NCBI GenBank assembly: GCA_963514005.1
Contig: OY740813.1
Location: 10,168,001 to 10,232,000, forward strand
Reading direction: 5' to 3'
Source: Raja brachyura
Lineage: Eukaryota
Length of the DNA stretch: 64,000 nucleotides
Of this stretch, positions 1 through 11,306 are shown one piece after another. The notes under the pieces are model-generated. The model was not told where the DNA came from. It ran no database searches and worked only from the letters and a program-made list of their open reading frames with translations. Every line of letters starts with the position of its first letter. Position 1 is the first letter of the stretch. The position numbers and the translations under genes were made by a program.

Positions 1-732
1 GCAGGATGAAGTGGCAGCCGGTGAGAGTGGAGGATGCCCCACATGAGGGTTTGCTTTGGAGATTTTCTTGCTTCTGAGTGTTTTTGAATTGCCATCAGTA
101 TTTTGAATTCTGAACTTTGCTTATACATTGATAAATTGAGCAAGGAGAAACTCTTAACCTTGAGCAGATTGATGAATGGAAGATTTTTCTTTGTTGTGCA
201 ATTACAGTTGACCATCAACCTCTTGATCTTTTTTAATATCAGCATTGCTGTGTGTTTGAAAGTGCAGATTTTATTATCCTTGACAGAAGTTGTCAAGATA
301 TACTATATCTGTGTCCGTGCAGAGTAACACTAATGCGATCAGAGTGAGGAAGAGGACTTCGGGTCATTTTTGTAGGTTGATTGCTGACCTGGGGAATGTA
401 TTTTTATCTTAGTACAGACCCAATTCTTGCAGGTACAGCATTAGATATGTTTTGAGTTCTGGATGAAGCTTATTTTTTGCCACTTAGTGTTGTTACATTT
501 GATATTAAATTTTGGGCATTGAAGATTACTGAGTCAGCAGGTCTTGAAGAACGTTTTAAATGCTGTTTGGCGATCTTGAGACAGACAGAGGGGTGGTTAT
601 ATCCAGCAGAGACCTCTGTGGCGGTTGGCTCTGACAGTCCAGAACCTTTACTAACGTCGTCCCAATCCAAATATGAATCATACCGTGTATATTTAATGCG
701 TCCATTTCATACACATGTTACTTTTCTTTCAG

Positions 733-818
733 CTGGAATTCAGAGCTGGAGATGCTTCGCAACGTTTTGGTGAAAACTACTCTGGATACAGCACCAAAGC
801 TGTCTTCAAGCACCCAAG
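733..818 (+). CDS. NUP214: NUP214 coding exon (first confidently placed exon in window; gene starts upstream)
   Basis: ttttctttcAG acceptor, GTaaat donor; encodes WNSELEMLRNVLVKTTLDTAPKLSSSTQ, resembling human NUP214 FDSDLESLCNALLKTT at the end of the coiled-coil region; 86 nt, phase 2->1. Confidence 0.88.
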
Positions 819-1059
819 GTAAATCATCTGAGCTTTTATGACATTCATAGAGGCAGTGAGTATATGTTTGAGGATATTGTATGAATAATATTTTTATCCA
901 TACAATATCACAAATGCTGTACCTGCTTTCGCCATGGACCAGATGTTTAAAGATCTGCCCCCCGCATGGTTTATCAAGAGAACTGGAAATACAAAAGGCT
1001 GCAGGTGCTGGAATCTGGATCAAAAACCAGCTGCTGTAGGAATGGAATGTCAGGCACCG

Positions 1060-1333
1060 TTTAGTTTAGATGAACAGGTCCTTCAGCCCACCGAGTCCAC
1101 ACCGACCAGTGATCCCTGCCCATTAACACTGGACACACTAGGGACAATTTTAACAAGCCAAATAACTTACAAACGTGTACGTTTTTGGAGTGTGGGAGGA
1201 AACTGGAGATCCAGGGGAAAACCCACAAAGATAGTGTGGAGAACGTACAAACACCGTACAGACAGCACCCGTAGTCAGGATCGTACCCGCTGTGATGCTG
1301 TAAGGCAGCATCTCTACCACTGTGCCGCTGTGT
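1060..1333 (-). mobile_element. tRNA-derived V-SINE (HE1-like)
   Basis: Minus strand: ggcacagtggtagagatgctgccttacagc...gatcctgactacgggtgctgtctgtacgg head, V core, CR1-like tail. Confidence 0.75.
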
Positions 1334-2208
1334 AAAAAAAAATTTGACCGCAGTTCCCCACTACCACAAATTTTACAGTTGAGTATTTATAGAGGGAAAT
1401 GGACGGTTGATATTTTGGGTCTAGGTTTTGATCCTTTGGACTGAAAGAGATGAGGGGCGATGGCCAATATAAAGAGGTGAGGTGATGGGATCTGACTTGC
1501 TGAGTTGTTACTGCAGTTTGCTTTTTTACCAATAGAATTACCTGCTCCTTAAGTATTGAGGTCGGATCATAAGCCTCATTTGATCAGGTGCTGCCTTTTC
1601 CTGGAGTTTAAAGATATTGGCAGATCATTAAACCTTCCATTAATCTCCAGAAAGGCATGTGTATTCTCTTTTATCTTTACAATGGAGTCATCTAAGTTAG
1701 ATTGTGCTGCCTAATTACAAACATGACACTTGGGGGTAAAAATGCCTGAACTTTGGTGTAGCTGCTGAAGAGATTTATGACAATGGAATGATGGATGACC
1801 AATTCCAGGTGCTAGAAATTATTTTCTTTTGTGGGGAAGTAGAAATGGGAAGATGTTCAAAATAATAGTTGGTGAGAAAACATACCTTTCCATTAGCTAT
1901 GTGATCCAGGTTTGAGGTGATGCGCAAAATAAAGCAAGCAGTTAGGTTTTTTAAAACTGATTACTATCTGAAATGTGCTACTTGAACAGGTAGCGGAAAT
2001 TGATATTATTGTAACCTTTAAGACATTTTGGATCTCAAGAATACAGGATGGGAAGAAGCTTTGTCAATGTTAACTTGAACTCGGTAGCTAGCTTGCATGC
2101 TTCTGTGAACTGAAGAGTGTGTGATTGTAAATGCACTTGGATTGACTTTCAGGCCCTGAGTTTTGTGCTGTGCCTTTCATTGACATTTAAAAAATTATTT
2201 ATTTTCAG

Positions 2209-2292
2209 GCAAACTATCACCAATGAAGCAATCGCAACTACGGAACTTCCTTTCAAAAAGACAGACACCTCCAGTACGGTCCACTGCACCAG
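2209..2292 (+). CDS. NUP214: NUP214 coding exon
   Basis: Encodes [27 protein letters not shown] (human [27 protein letters not shown]); tttcAG/GTaagg; 84 nt. Confidence 0.96.
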
Positions 2293-3035
2293 GTAAGGCA
2301 CATACTCTGGAAAAATCATAAGTGAAGTTGAAAAGAGGCTTGTGATACAAATTTTAATTGTACTAAAATGCAATTATGTTCCTTTCAACTTGACAGGCCA
2401 TTGGAGCTTGTGGGTAACTCTTAATAATGTTACCATTTAAAACTCATTGACATCAGCCACTGAGTTATAACCATCTTCAAATGTGTTAGTTTCCATAACT
2501 TAAAAGCTCTGCCTCATTCTGGTGGACTGTTTCACTTTAAGGTACGGTTGTGACCAATATGGTGTAGTGCATCTAATGTGAGCTTGTACCTGAGTGCTTG
2601 TAAACCATGCCACTGATCTGCAGTGATCTGTAGACAACGATCAATTAGCGTGTAGGTGATTTGTACGTCTAGGATTTTTAATTAATGTAGATGAAATCAC
2701 CATAAGCACTTAATTAATGTAGATGAATCAATTTGTGCACATAAACCCTCCTGATCCCCTTTGTGGGGTTCCAGTTTGTGTTTAGCATTTACTGCAGTTT
2801 TCCAATTTGTGTTTTTGGAAATCCAACAGAAGGTCATTAGGAAATTTCTTTACATGTCTATAAATAGCAATTACTGTGTTTTGCTGGAAAATCATATTCC
2901 CAGTTATGCACAATGCAACAAACAGTGGAGTTAATAAGAAAAAATGAATCTATGCTGTTTGGTACTAAAATATATTTGTTGCTTTTTATTTCAAGGAGAA
3001 TGATCTGTGAAAATGTAAATTATTCTCCCCGACAG

Positions 3036-3260
3036 CGAATTTGTCCAGGTCAGCATTTCTATCCCCCAAATGTTATGAGGAGTTGGTGGACGAGACCATC
3101 TCTGCCTTGCCAGGTGCAGAAAAGGCAATTGTTGAGACTGAGGGACCAGAGGAGCTTCCATTCAAGCATTCCCCTATTGCAAGGCGACAGTCATTTACAG
3201 CAGCACTAATCACCGCACAGTCAACACCCTTTGGCAAAGTGCAGCCCCCTATCACATCAG
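3036..3260 (+). CDS. NUP214: NUP214 coding exon
   Basis: Encodes NLSRSAFLSPKCYEEL...KHSPIARR...TPFGK (human SLSRSAFLSQRYYEDL...RHAPVVR...PFAK); acAG/GTatgt; 225 nt. Confidence 0.93.
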
Positions 3261-3713
3261 GTATGTGGCACAGTGCAGGTGCATGAAGGAACATCAAGAG
3301 TTTTCATTGCACTTTCCACCATTTCAAAGTCCAAATTATTTTAAGGGTAATAAAATAGTTTTTGATATGAGGTTGTTGGTGGCACATGAAAATGTGGCGG
3401 ACAGCTTAAGCACAAGAGATCTTACAAAAGCCGTGCAATAAAGAATCAGATAATTGTTTCTAGTTTATCATGACATGACATTGATTGATATATAGTACTG
3501 CTCAGCGAGAGTCCTCCTAATCTTTCAAACGATGCAATGAGAAGTGTCATTAGAACCTTTGAAAACATTAAGGGGATTATTAAAAATAATTTATTAAAAA
3601 ATAAATTAAATTAAATTATTTATATTATTAAAATTTAAGATGTTGATATATTGATGAATTGGATCATTTTACATGTTTTGTTAATTTGAAAAATGACTTG
3701 TCCATTACATCAG

Positions 3714-3842
3714 TTCCATGGCCAGCAGGCAAGACGGTGAAGCAAGGAATGATAGTTCCTGAGAAGCCCATCAGCAGTGTTCCCGCTGCCCAGGCAGCAG
3801 CCCAAGCAGCTGTTCGGAGACAATTGACTAATCTGACACCAG
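3714..3842 (+). CDS. NUP214: NUP214 coding exon
   Basis: Encodes PWPAGKTVKQG...PISSVPAAQAAAQAAVRRQLTNLTP (human KTVKHG...PISAPQAAAAAALRRQM); tcAG/GTagaa; 129 nt. Confidence 0.9.
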
Positions 3843-4928
3843 GTAGAAAACTGCAGACTATTACTGACGTGACGTTATTGGGGAGGGGGGTTGGGTCGTT
3901 CAACATGGTTGTGTTTTGCACTGATAAAATTTGACACTATTTGGGTATAGCATCGGTATGGTACTCTGGACCTCATCTGCACTATCATATGGTGGTATCT
4001 TTTTGCTGAATTGTTTATATCAAAGACGGCCTGTCCTTCAGGTAGACATCAATGACCCCCAAGCTCGCACTTCATGGGATGAACAAGCAAATCAAAAGAA
4101 ACGGGATCATTGAGTTTGAAGATCATGACCCCAAGACCAGAGCACAGCTCTGTGTTCACCAGGCATCAGCAAAACCTGGCGTACTAGATGCTTCTGGGCC
4201 TTCAATTTGGCATCAGGGATTTCAAACCACTGGAAAAAGTACCAATGTGCTGTAACTGCAAGTCTTCCAAATTCACCGGAAAGATAAGTGAATTAATGAC
4301 AGTGTTCTCCACAGCCCAACATCTCCAGCATTGGGCCCCTAATTACACTCCATTGGCTTTGTGAATCGTTTAATAATTTGATTCATAAATGTACATTTCA
4401 ATAATGATTTCATTTAAAACCCAAGGCATTTCGACAAAACTTGATGCTCTAAAGAATATATTGCCTTGTGACTTGGGGAGTTTTAAGGACCATCCTAAAG
4501 AAGAGAGTTAAGGAAGCTCGTGAAGCTGCCAGCTAGATAAATACTCACTTGTGAAGGAGTGATGATAATTGACTCCGTTACGAGATCGGGAAATGAGAAA
4601 TTCTAGGCTGTTTAAGTGGGGAATGTTCAAAGATGGTTCATGTGAGGATTTGGGGGAATCTTAAAAAAAATTAAAGATCTTGCCAGACCAGAAGCCCATA
4701 GGAAACAGTATATAGTTGAGGATCACGGCATAAGATGCAGAACAGATCTTGCATATTTGTTGTATATTACTGTGCAATTAAAATTGGGTGAACTTAAAAT
4801 AAGTTGTTGTTATCTAAGTATGTATGATCACATTTTTCATAATTATAATGTTTTGATATGAAATATGAGCAACTGGAAACCTTTTTAAAATGTTTTTTTA
4901 CTTTGATTTGTTCTCTTCATAAATGTAG

Positions 4929-5037
4929 TTCAAAGTGCTACCCTGGCAGAAGCTGCACTGAAGAATGTGCCTCACGGAGTCAGTGCGCAAGTGCTGAAAG
5001 AAACAACTCAGCCTCCAATTCTGTCAACTGTTATCAC
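4929..5037 (+). CDS. NUP214: NUP214 coding exon
   Basis: Encodes QSATLAEAALKNVPHGVSAQVLKE (human [20 protein letters not shown]); gtAG/GTgagt; 109 nt, phase 1->2. Confidence 0.92.
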
Positions 5038-5119
5038 GTGAGTTGCATACGTATTGGTTGGGAGAAATAGAAGGAAGTACAAGCTAATGTCAATGCTCAG
5101 CTGAAATTTGTCTTTCACG

Positions 5120-5299
5120 ATTTACACATTTTCAAAAAATACTCTTTCCGGCAATTAAACCTCGCTAACTTTTACAATAGACTGATTTTCACCAGTGAGC
5201 TGGTGAAAAATCGTAAAGCTATCGCGTACCGCTTTTGCGCAACTAGAAAGACCGCACAAACCGGAAAAGCACATGACCAGAGTTTTAGTTATGTATAGA
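5120..5299 (-). mobile_element. Helitron-like 5' end fragment
   Basis: Minus strand starts A|TCTATACATAACTAAAA, similar to the 51787 terminus; CpG-containing segment atypical of the surrounding intron. Confidence 0.4.
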
Positions 5300-5392
5300 T
5301 GAAATAGCAATGATTTGAGGATTGCACTTTTGTATTCATGGGTATTCTAGGTACCGTGTTTTGTTAATTCATACTGTTTATTCTTTCCTCAG

Positions 5393-5468
5393 CCCTTCTA
5401 TGCCAGCCGCAAATGCAGACATTATTCAGCAGGAATTAACAAAAGTGCCCTCAGACCAGCTCAAACAG
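5393..5468 (+). CDS. NUP214: NUP214 coding exon
   Basis: ttctttcctcAG/GTaaag; PSMPAANADIIQQELTKVPSDQLKQ; 76 nt, phase 2->0 fits neighbours. Confidence 0.85.
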
Positions 5469-6017
5469 GTAAAGCTACCATTTATTTACTGATCTAAAAA
5501 AAACCTATCTTTTGTGTTTTATGAGGCTGGCAACTGTCTGTCTGTACAGTGCTGGTTCGGGAGTGGGCAGTGCATATGGCATTCATACGGGGTCACTTCT
5601 AATCTGCAAGCTGAGTATATGTTCATTGAATCTCCTTGCCTTTCAGTAGGATGATTGGATTGACCTAATTGTCAATGAGAATGTAGAAAGGTATGCAGGT
5701 AGCAACACCAACCTAACCTAAAGTTATGGTGGCAGCACAGAGCTGCAAATGTACTAAATGGTGAAAGCTGCAAGCTGTAGACGCAGCTAAGCAATCTTGG
5801 AACCAATTGGTCAGATTACATATCTGCACATCAGCCACTTAAATCTCGGCGCTACCTGTAGAGGCCTTCAATGATGGGAAGGTCAAAGGCAATGTCCACC
5901 ATGTTGTGATTTTGACGCCATTTATTAGCACATGAAACGAGCGCACCGCTGACAATCAGACTGGCACTTTGCAGAAGGTCGTCATTTCTAAGTTGGCATT
6001 TCTACTTAAAATTGCAG

Positions 6018-6135
6018 GGATCTCAGACAAGTGTGAAAGAATTTCCAGTGCCATTTGCTGAAACTGGACCAACTCCAACAGATTCCTCCGTATCCTCAGC
6101 ATCCATAAAAAGTTTTACCTTCACTGCTCCCCCAG
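6018..6135 (+). CDS. NUP214: NUP214 coding exon
   Basis: ttgcAG/GTaagg; GSQTSVKEFPVPFAETGPTPTDSSVSSASIKSFTFTAPP; 118 nt, phase 0->1. Confidence 0.8.
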
Positions 6136-6209
6136 GTAAGGAGATTGAGGTTTGGTGAGGGTCTGCTTTCACTCTCCTCTCGGGGAAATGCCTTGTAGTA
6201 AAGAGGGTT

Positions 6210-6301
6210 ACACAATAAGGTGGAGAAACTCAGGGGGTGCAGCAGCATCTAAGGAGCGAAGGAGATAGGCGACGTTTCGGGTCGAGACCCTTCTTCAGAC
6301 A
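6210..6301 (-). mobile_element. Short Penelope-derived insertion with hammerhead-like core
   Basis: 15-bp flanking duplication gtagtaaagagggtt (6195-6209, 6302-6316); minus strand gtCTGAAGAagggtctcgacccGAAAcGTC. Confidence 0.8.
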
Positions 6302-6495
6302 GTAGTAAAGAGGGTTGGGTGGGTAGTCAAGTCTTATGCTATCTGGTGAACAAAATATGAGCTCGAGATGATTGGGTAAAAAAAAGTTTTGTGAGATGAG
6401 ATCTTAGGTTTTGACAGCTGCATATATAAAAGATATGGGGTTCTTTTAGCTTGTGTTGAGAGGCATTGGAACAATGTAAGAAGTGGGACATGTGG

Positions 6496-8121
6496 TAGCA
6501 ATGTTACAAAATTTAAAAAATCAAGTCTGCAATTTATCCCATCATATAAAGCATAAAAATAAGTTTAATTTGACACCTAATTCACTTTCCTATCTTCAGT
6601 ATTAAAAATGTTATGGCCATTTTCATACTCGGAAATTAGCATGTTGTTCCCTATTGCTTTTCCATTGACTTAACACAAAAACTGTGATCGAGGACAGTCA
6701 AAAGCCCATAACTTTCTTAAAAATCAAGAGAACTTAATGAATTTTTCAGTAGTTGTAGATTCTGAAACAAATATAAAGCATCTTACTTGAATGAAATTAA
6801 AGCATATAATTAGTCACCTAATTGTAGCCAATTACAAAATTGACCGTTGTGACGGAAATAGTAATAAACATCCAGACTGCCTTGAAAATTCAAAAATGTG
6901 ATATTCTCAAGATCAGAACTTTAATCTTATTGTATTATATAAGTCCGTAACAGATAGGTAAATAAATTACAATTTCTAGCAATAGACCAAGTCTTTATGG
7001 AGAAGATCACTTGCTAGCTGGTACATTGGCATATTTCTAATCCGTATCATCCTCATACTCGTCAGATTGTAGCCAATAAGCAACTCTGTACACATTGTTT
7101 TTCCTCAACTTTTCAATTTTGGCATTGTAAACTACACGTTTTTGCTCTTCATACCACGCATGACATGCCTTTCTGCCCACTACCATTAAGAATGTCCTGT
7201 AGATCATCACATTTGGAGTGGTCCAAATTTGGATTATCTCTGCGAATGCTGTCTTAATCAGTCTCTTTTGCTGGGCATTTCCATTGACAATTTTACATTT
7301 CTTCTTCGGAGACATCTGTTTAAAATTTAAAGGGAAAAAAACACTGAACCGCATTAAGAGAAACAAGTTATTATTTGCAGTTTTAGAAAAAAGGTAGAAA
7401 TGATAAAGTTAAATGCTAAAACAAATGGTAAATACCTAACAGAAAATTCATATTCATCAGTTTCATCAAATCAATTAAATTAATCTAATCAATTAAATTC
7501 ATCTAAATTCAATTACTAGATCTAAACATTTCTTAAGAAAAGGATATATTCTTTTAATAGCCTAAGTATCCAAATAACAAACTAATCGCATTCACACAAG
7601 AATTCACAATATAACATGATTTTAAAACTCACTGTCACGAACTTGTATGCCATATGGAAGGAATTTAATGTTTAATTCCCCTAAATTAATCTAGAAACAT
7701 CCACTCTCAATATAATCAAAATCATTATTTTTTGCACAATACATGTGGCTAAAACTGTTGTGGATATTTAGTATAAAAATATTGATTATGGATAGAGAAT
7801 AACACAGAATATAGACGTCTTATGACATGATTGTCCAAATAAAATGAGGATTCAAATCATCTTGGAGGTGGGTGTTTCTGGAATGCGATCGATTGGAACT
7901 TTGCCGTTGCCGTTTTAACCCCATATCGGCAGGCAAAGACACTGCTGGTTCGTATGGGGCCCAAATAACATTTTCGTGTTGTAAATGCCTCTCTGACAAG
8001 AGATACAAACCTGCATTTTAATCCAGCTCCCCCCCCCCCCCCTTTCAAAGGCGCCAAAGTCGCGCACACGGCCAGTGGCAGAACTGCAGCGCCGCTGAAG
8101 GTGGGTTTTGTGACATCGCTA
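6496..8121 (-). mobile_element. Internally deleted TIR DNA transposon (hAT/hATw-like)
   Basis: 16-bp TIRs TAGCAATGTTACAAAA / TAGCGATGTCACAAAA (14/16); 7-bp TSD catgtgg (6489-6495) / catatgg (8122-8128); AT-rich interior with a coding remnant. Confidence 0.75.
6976..7315 (-). pseudogene. Disrupted terminal exon inside the transposon, encoding a spindlin/Tudor-like domain
   Basis: Polypyrimidine-CAG acceptor at 7316-7345; VVGRKACHAWYEE...YRVAYW...(stop/frameshift)MPMYQLASDLLHKDLVYC*. Confidence 0.55.
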
Positions 8122-10216
8122 CATATGGAGGTCAATGTGTGAATGCAACAGAAAATTAGTGTTGGGACTTAAAGAATTTGGAGTGCTATGGGCCAAATGC
8201 AGTCAAATGGGACAAGCCTGGTATGCCAACTTGGTCAACAAGATTGGCTGAAGGGCCAGTTTCTGTGCTATATAGTTCCATGACTCTTACACCTAATGCA
8301 CAATACCTGTTCCACTCATCCATTAACTTTGTTTTCACTAACAGTTTCCTGGACTTGCTTTCAATAAGAGTTGTTTTTAAATAGGAATTCCCACAGCTAG
8401 CTTTATTTTCGAAACAGAATTGTGCAGCATTGTCCACTCTCCCCAACTTGCTTATGTCGAGACCCTTCATTCTCTCTCTAAATCTCTTCCTCTTACCCTA
8501 GACCTATGTCTTCTAGTTTTATCTACTTCTGATATGGGGGAATGTTTCTTGAAATCTCCCCTGCCATCCTCCAATATACTCCAATCATGTCCCCGCTTAA
8601 CCTCCTCTACTGCACGGAGTACAAATCAGCTGGAAAATGAACAGCCCCTTTCAGGTAAAATCCCGGTGAATCTGTTCTCCACCCTCTCCAGTGCTACCAC
8701 AACCTACTTACACCCACGTGACCAGAACAGCATGCAGTACTCCAGCTAAGAGCTGACCAATGTCTGACTAATGCACACTGAAACACTGTACTTTGTGTCC
8801 TTTTGGTGGGTGAAGAAGGGCTTGCTGGTGCACCATGCGGGTCGTGAGTGGCGTCTGAAGCCAGAGCTCTAAGCAGCCGTGGAGATGGTGTGAGCCAGGG
8901 ATGGGTCAGCAGGTCATTCCATTCACACTCAGTTTACATTTTATATTCATTTTATTTAAGTTCCTGGCACTCAGTGGTGCTTTATAGACACGGGAGAGGT
9001 GTATTTCATTTATACGTGACCTCCGTTAGTCCAGAAAGAGGGTGCCAGTAAATTGATCAACCTGTATTCTGAAAAATGCTCTTAAGTATCTGAAACTGCA
9101 TCTCAGTTGACTGATCCCTTGACCTAAATTACAGATTCACTTTTGGTTTCATACCCTTAGAATTGCCACTGTTTAAGTTTAAAATATTAGCTTGGTGTTC
9201 CTTCTGCTCTCTCTCAATTTGATATTGAAATTCACTTGTATTTTGTCATTTGGTGACTGGAGTTGTCTGAATAAAAGTAGAATGCCACAATTCTGAATTG
9301 CTTTTGGTAGATGCAATATTTTTTTTATTAAAGAGAGGGGGTTCCTCTTGCTTTTTTAATTGTTTGTCTGTATGTAAACAATACTAAACGGCATTTAAAG
9401 ATATTCTCCCTTAATGTGATTGAAACGTCGGTCTGGTAACAAAGCAGCATGTCCTGCTTCCACAATGTCCACACTCATCCTCAAGTATTCATCTACACTG
9501 CCAATTTTTCCTCTTGCTTCCCCATTAACCACCACCCCATGCCATTTGCTTACAATCCACCTAATCTGGGGCAATTTAAATTCCTAATTTACTGACAAAT
9601 TTCTATGGTATGTGGAAATACATGGAAGTACTTGATCATCTGAGACATTTACCATATGGATCAGTTGTCTCATTTATTTACTAAATACTATGCCTGTCCC
9701 ACCCCAAAATGTGCTTCACTCGTATCCCAAGTCTTTTTCGATTCCTGTAATTAATCATTTTAAGCCTATTGATTCTTTATTTTGTGCAGAGAGCGTGGTG
9801 GACTCAGCTCGCTCGAATTGCATTCAAAAGAGCATCTGGGTGTACCTTGGCCTAGAAGATTGAGACTTAAAGATAGAAAACATAATTTGTCTCAATTGCA
9901 TTCTCTCAGCTGGTGTGAATCTCGGCTGGCACGAATCCAAAGTGCTGAATGATCTTCTGTACCGTTCAGTTCTATTTCTGAAATAAACCGAGATATTGGG
10001 ATTACAGATGCCTCTTCACAATCAAATGTACTGCGAAATCACAATTCACATCAACCCTCATTGTACACTGAGCTTTATTTTGTGGACTTCATGCTGTTAT
10101 TAGTATTGGTATTGATTTATGGACGTTGGTTATTATTGTCACGTGTACTGAGATATAGTGAACAACTTTGTCAGAAAAACTGTCAGCCACTCAGAATGAA
10201 TTTGTCCTTTTTACAG

Positions 10217-10310
10217 GGGGTTCAGCACAAAGTTTGAAATCTGAAAATATTATTGCTGCAGCCCCTGGTCACCAGGTTCATAAAATCTCCTCGTTCCCTG
10301 GAGCTTCTTC
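10217..10310 (+). CDS. NUP214: NUP214 coding exon
   Basis: cctttttacAG/GTaagt; GSAQSLKSENIIAAAPGHQVHKISSFPGAS; 94 nt, phase 1->2. Confidence 0.82.
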
Positions 10311-10477
10311 GTAAGTATTTTTTTTAATTTTGAAAGTATATGCCTTATGTCGGTGATATACATGGAATGTTTGGTGAAACTTGGGGAAATTGAAAGCAAG
10401 TTGATCAATCGGACTATTTTGCTAATAAAGGCCCTGTTGTTCGTCTTATCATATCTTGTGAATGTACAGAATGTATA

Positions 10478-10763
10478 GGACAGTGGCACAGCAGTAAGGT
10501 TGCTGTCTTACAGTGCCAGGGACCCAGGTTTGATCCTGATTACGGGTGTTGTCTGTTTGGAGTTTGTTCGATCTCCCCATGCCCTGTGTGAGTTTTCTCT
10601 GGTTTCCTCCTACACTTCAAAGACTTACAGCTTTGTAGGCTAATTGGCTTGGTATGAATGTAATTGGTCCCTGGTATGTGTGGGATATTGTTGGCGTGCG
10701 GGAATCATTGATCGGCACGGACTCTGGCCAAAGGGCTTGTTTCCGTGCTGTATCTCCAAACTA
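10478..10763 (+). mobile_element. tRNA-derived V-SINE (HE1-like)
   Basis: gtggcacagcagtaag A-box region, ggtttgatcc B box, ggtttcctcc core, gggcttgtttccgtgctgtatctc tail. Confidence 0.8.
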
Positions 10764-10806
10764 AGATAATTCATCCTTGTGTTGAGTGACCAGTGGTGAT
10801 TGATTT

Positions 10807-10834
10807 GTGTGCGTGTGTGTGTGTGTGTGCGCGC
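10807..10834 (+). repeat. (TG)n/(CG)n microsatellite
   Basis: gtgtgcgtgtgtgtgtgtgtgtgcgcgc. Confidence 0.85.
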
Positions 10835-11050
10835 ATGGCAACTATGGTGATTTCTCCTCTAAAAATATGACCATACTATTAAAAACTAATCTTTGTCATG
10901 AGGCATTATTAGTGATTCCCACTCCCATTGACGGCGATCCCAGTCTCCCACTTTAGCAGAGGATATGGTGCTGCAGATCTCATTTTGAAATGAGTGTTCG
11001 ATACATTCCCATTTGGGAATCATTCTCTAATGGTTTTTTTTCTCTTACAG

Positions 11051-11112
11051 TGGGTTTCATTTTACAGCTCCTAGCACCTCCTCATTAAATGCTTTAACTG
11101 ACGTCACACTGG
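11051..11112 (+). CDS. NUP214: NUP214 coding exon
   Basis: tttctcttacAG/GTaagt; GFHFTAPSTSSLNALTDVTL (human GFNFGIITP...); 62 nt, phase 2->1. Confidence 0.87.
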
Positions 11113-11306
11113 GTAAGTCCTGGCCTATCGTTGTCATTTTAAGTTTTCCTCAAAGTTTAAAGGAGGCTTATTTTCCTGAAAACGTAATTTTGTACTCCGA
11201 ATTGGAAACTCAAGAATGTCTGTAGATTTTCTTGAGTGTTTTATTAATTTAAATGTTCCAAGATTCTGTCAATCCAATGTCTCTAACCTTTTTTTCTGTT
11301 CTGCAG

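Noticed and set aside
1-20. Apparent exon end with donor GTGAGA at 21
   Set aside because: The phase needed to join exon 733 contains a TGA, and there is too little sequence to judge.
477-773. 98-aa ORF overlapping the first exon
   Set aside because: It is in a different frame from the NUP214-like peptide, and no phase-compatible splice sites were found.
4042-4255. Acceptor-like ttcAG plus 67-aa ORF as an extra NUP214 exon
   Set aside because: The phase-1 reading stops after a few codons; no donor or homology, and flanking exons already join in frame.
10478-10560. tRNA-like A/B boxes
   Set aside because: They are SINE heads; no cloverleaf or acceptor stem, so no tRNA gene is called.
11216-11306. 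N-terminal part of the 713-aa ORF as a single-exon gene
   Set aside because: It is intron sequence (polypyrimidine tract) that happens to be open; the exon starts at 11307.
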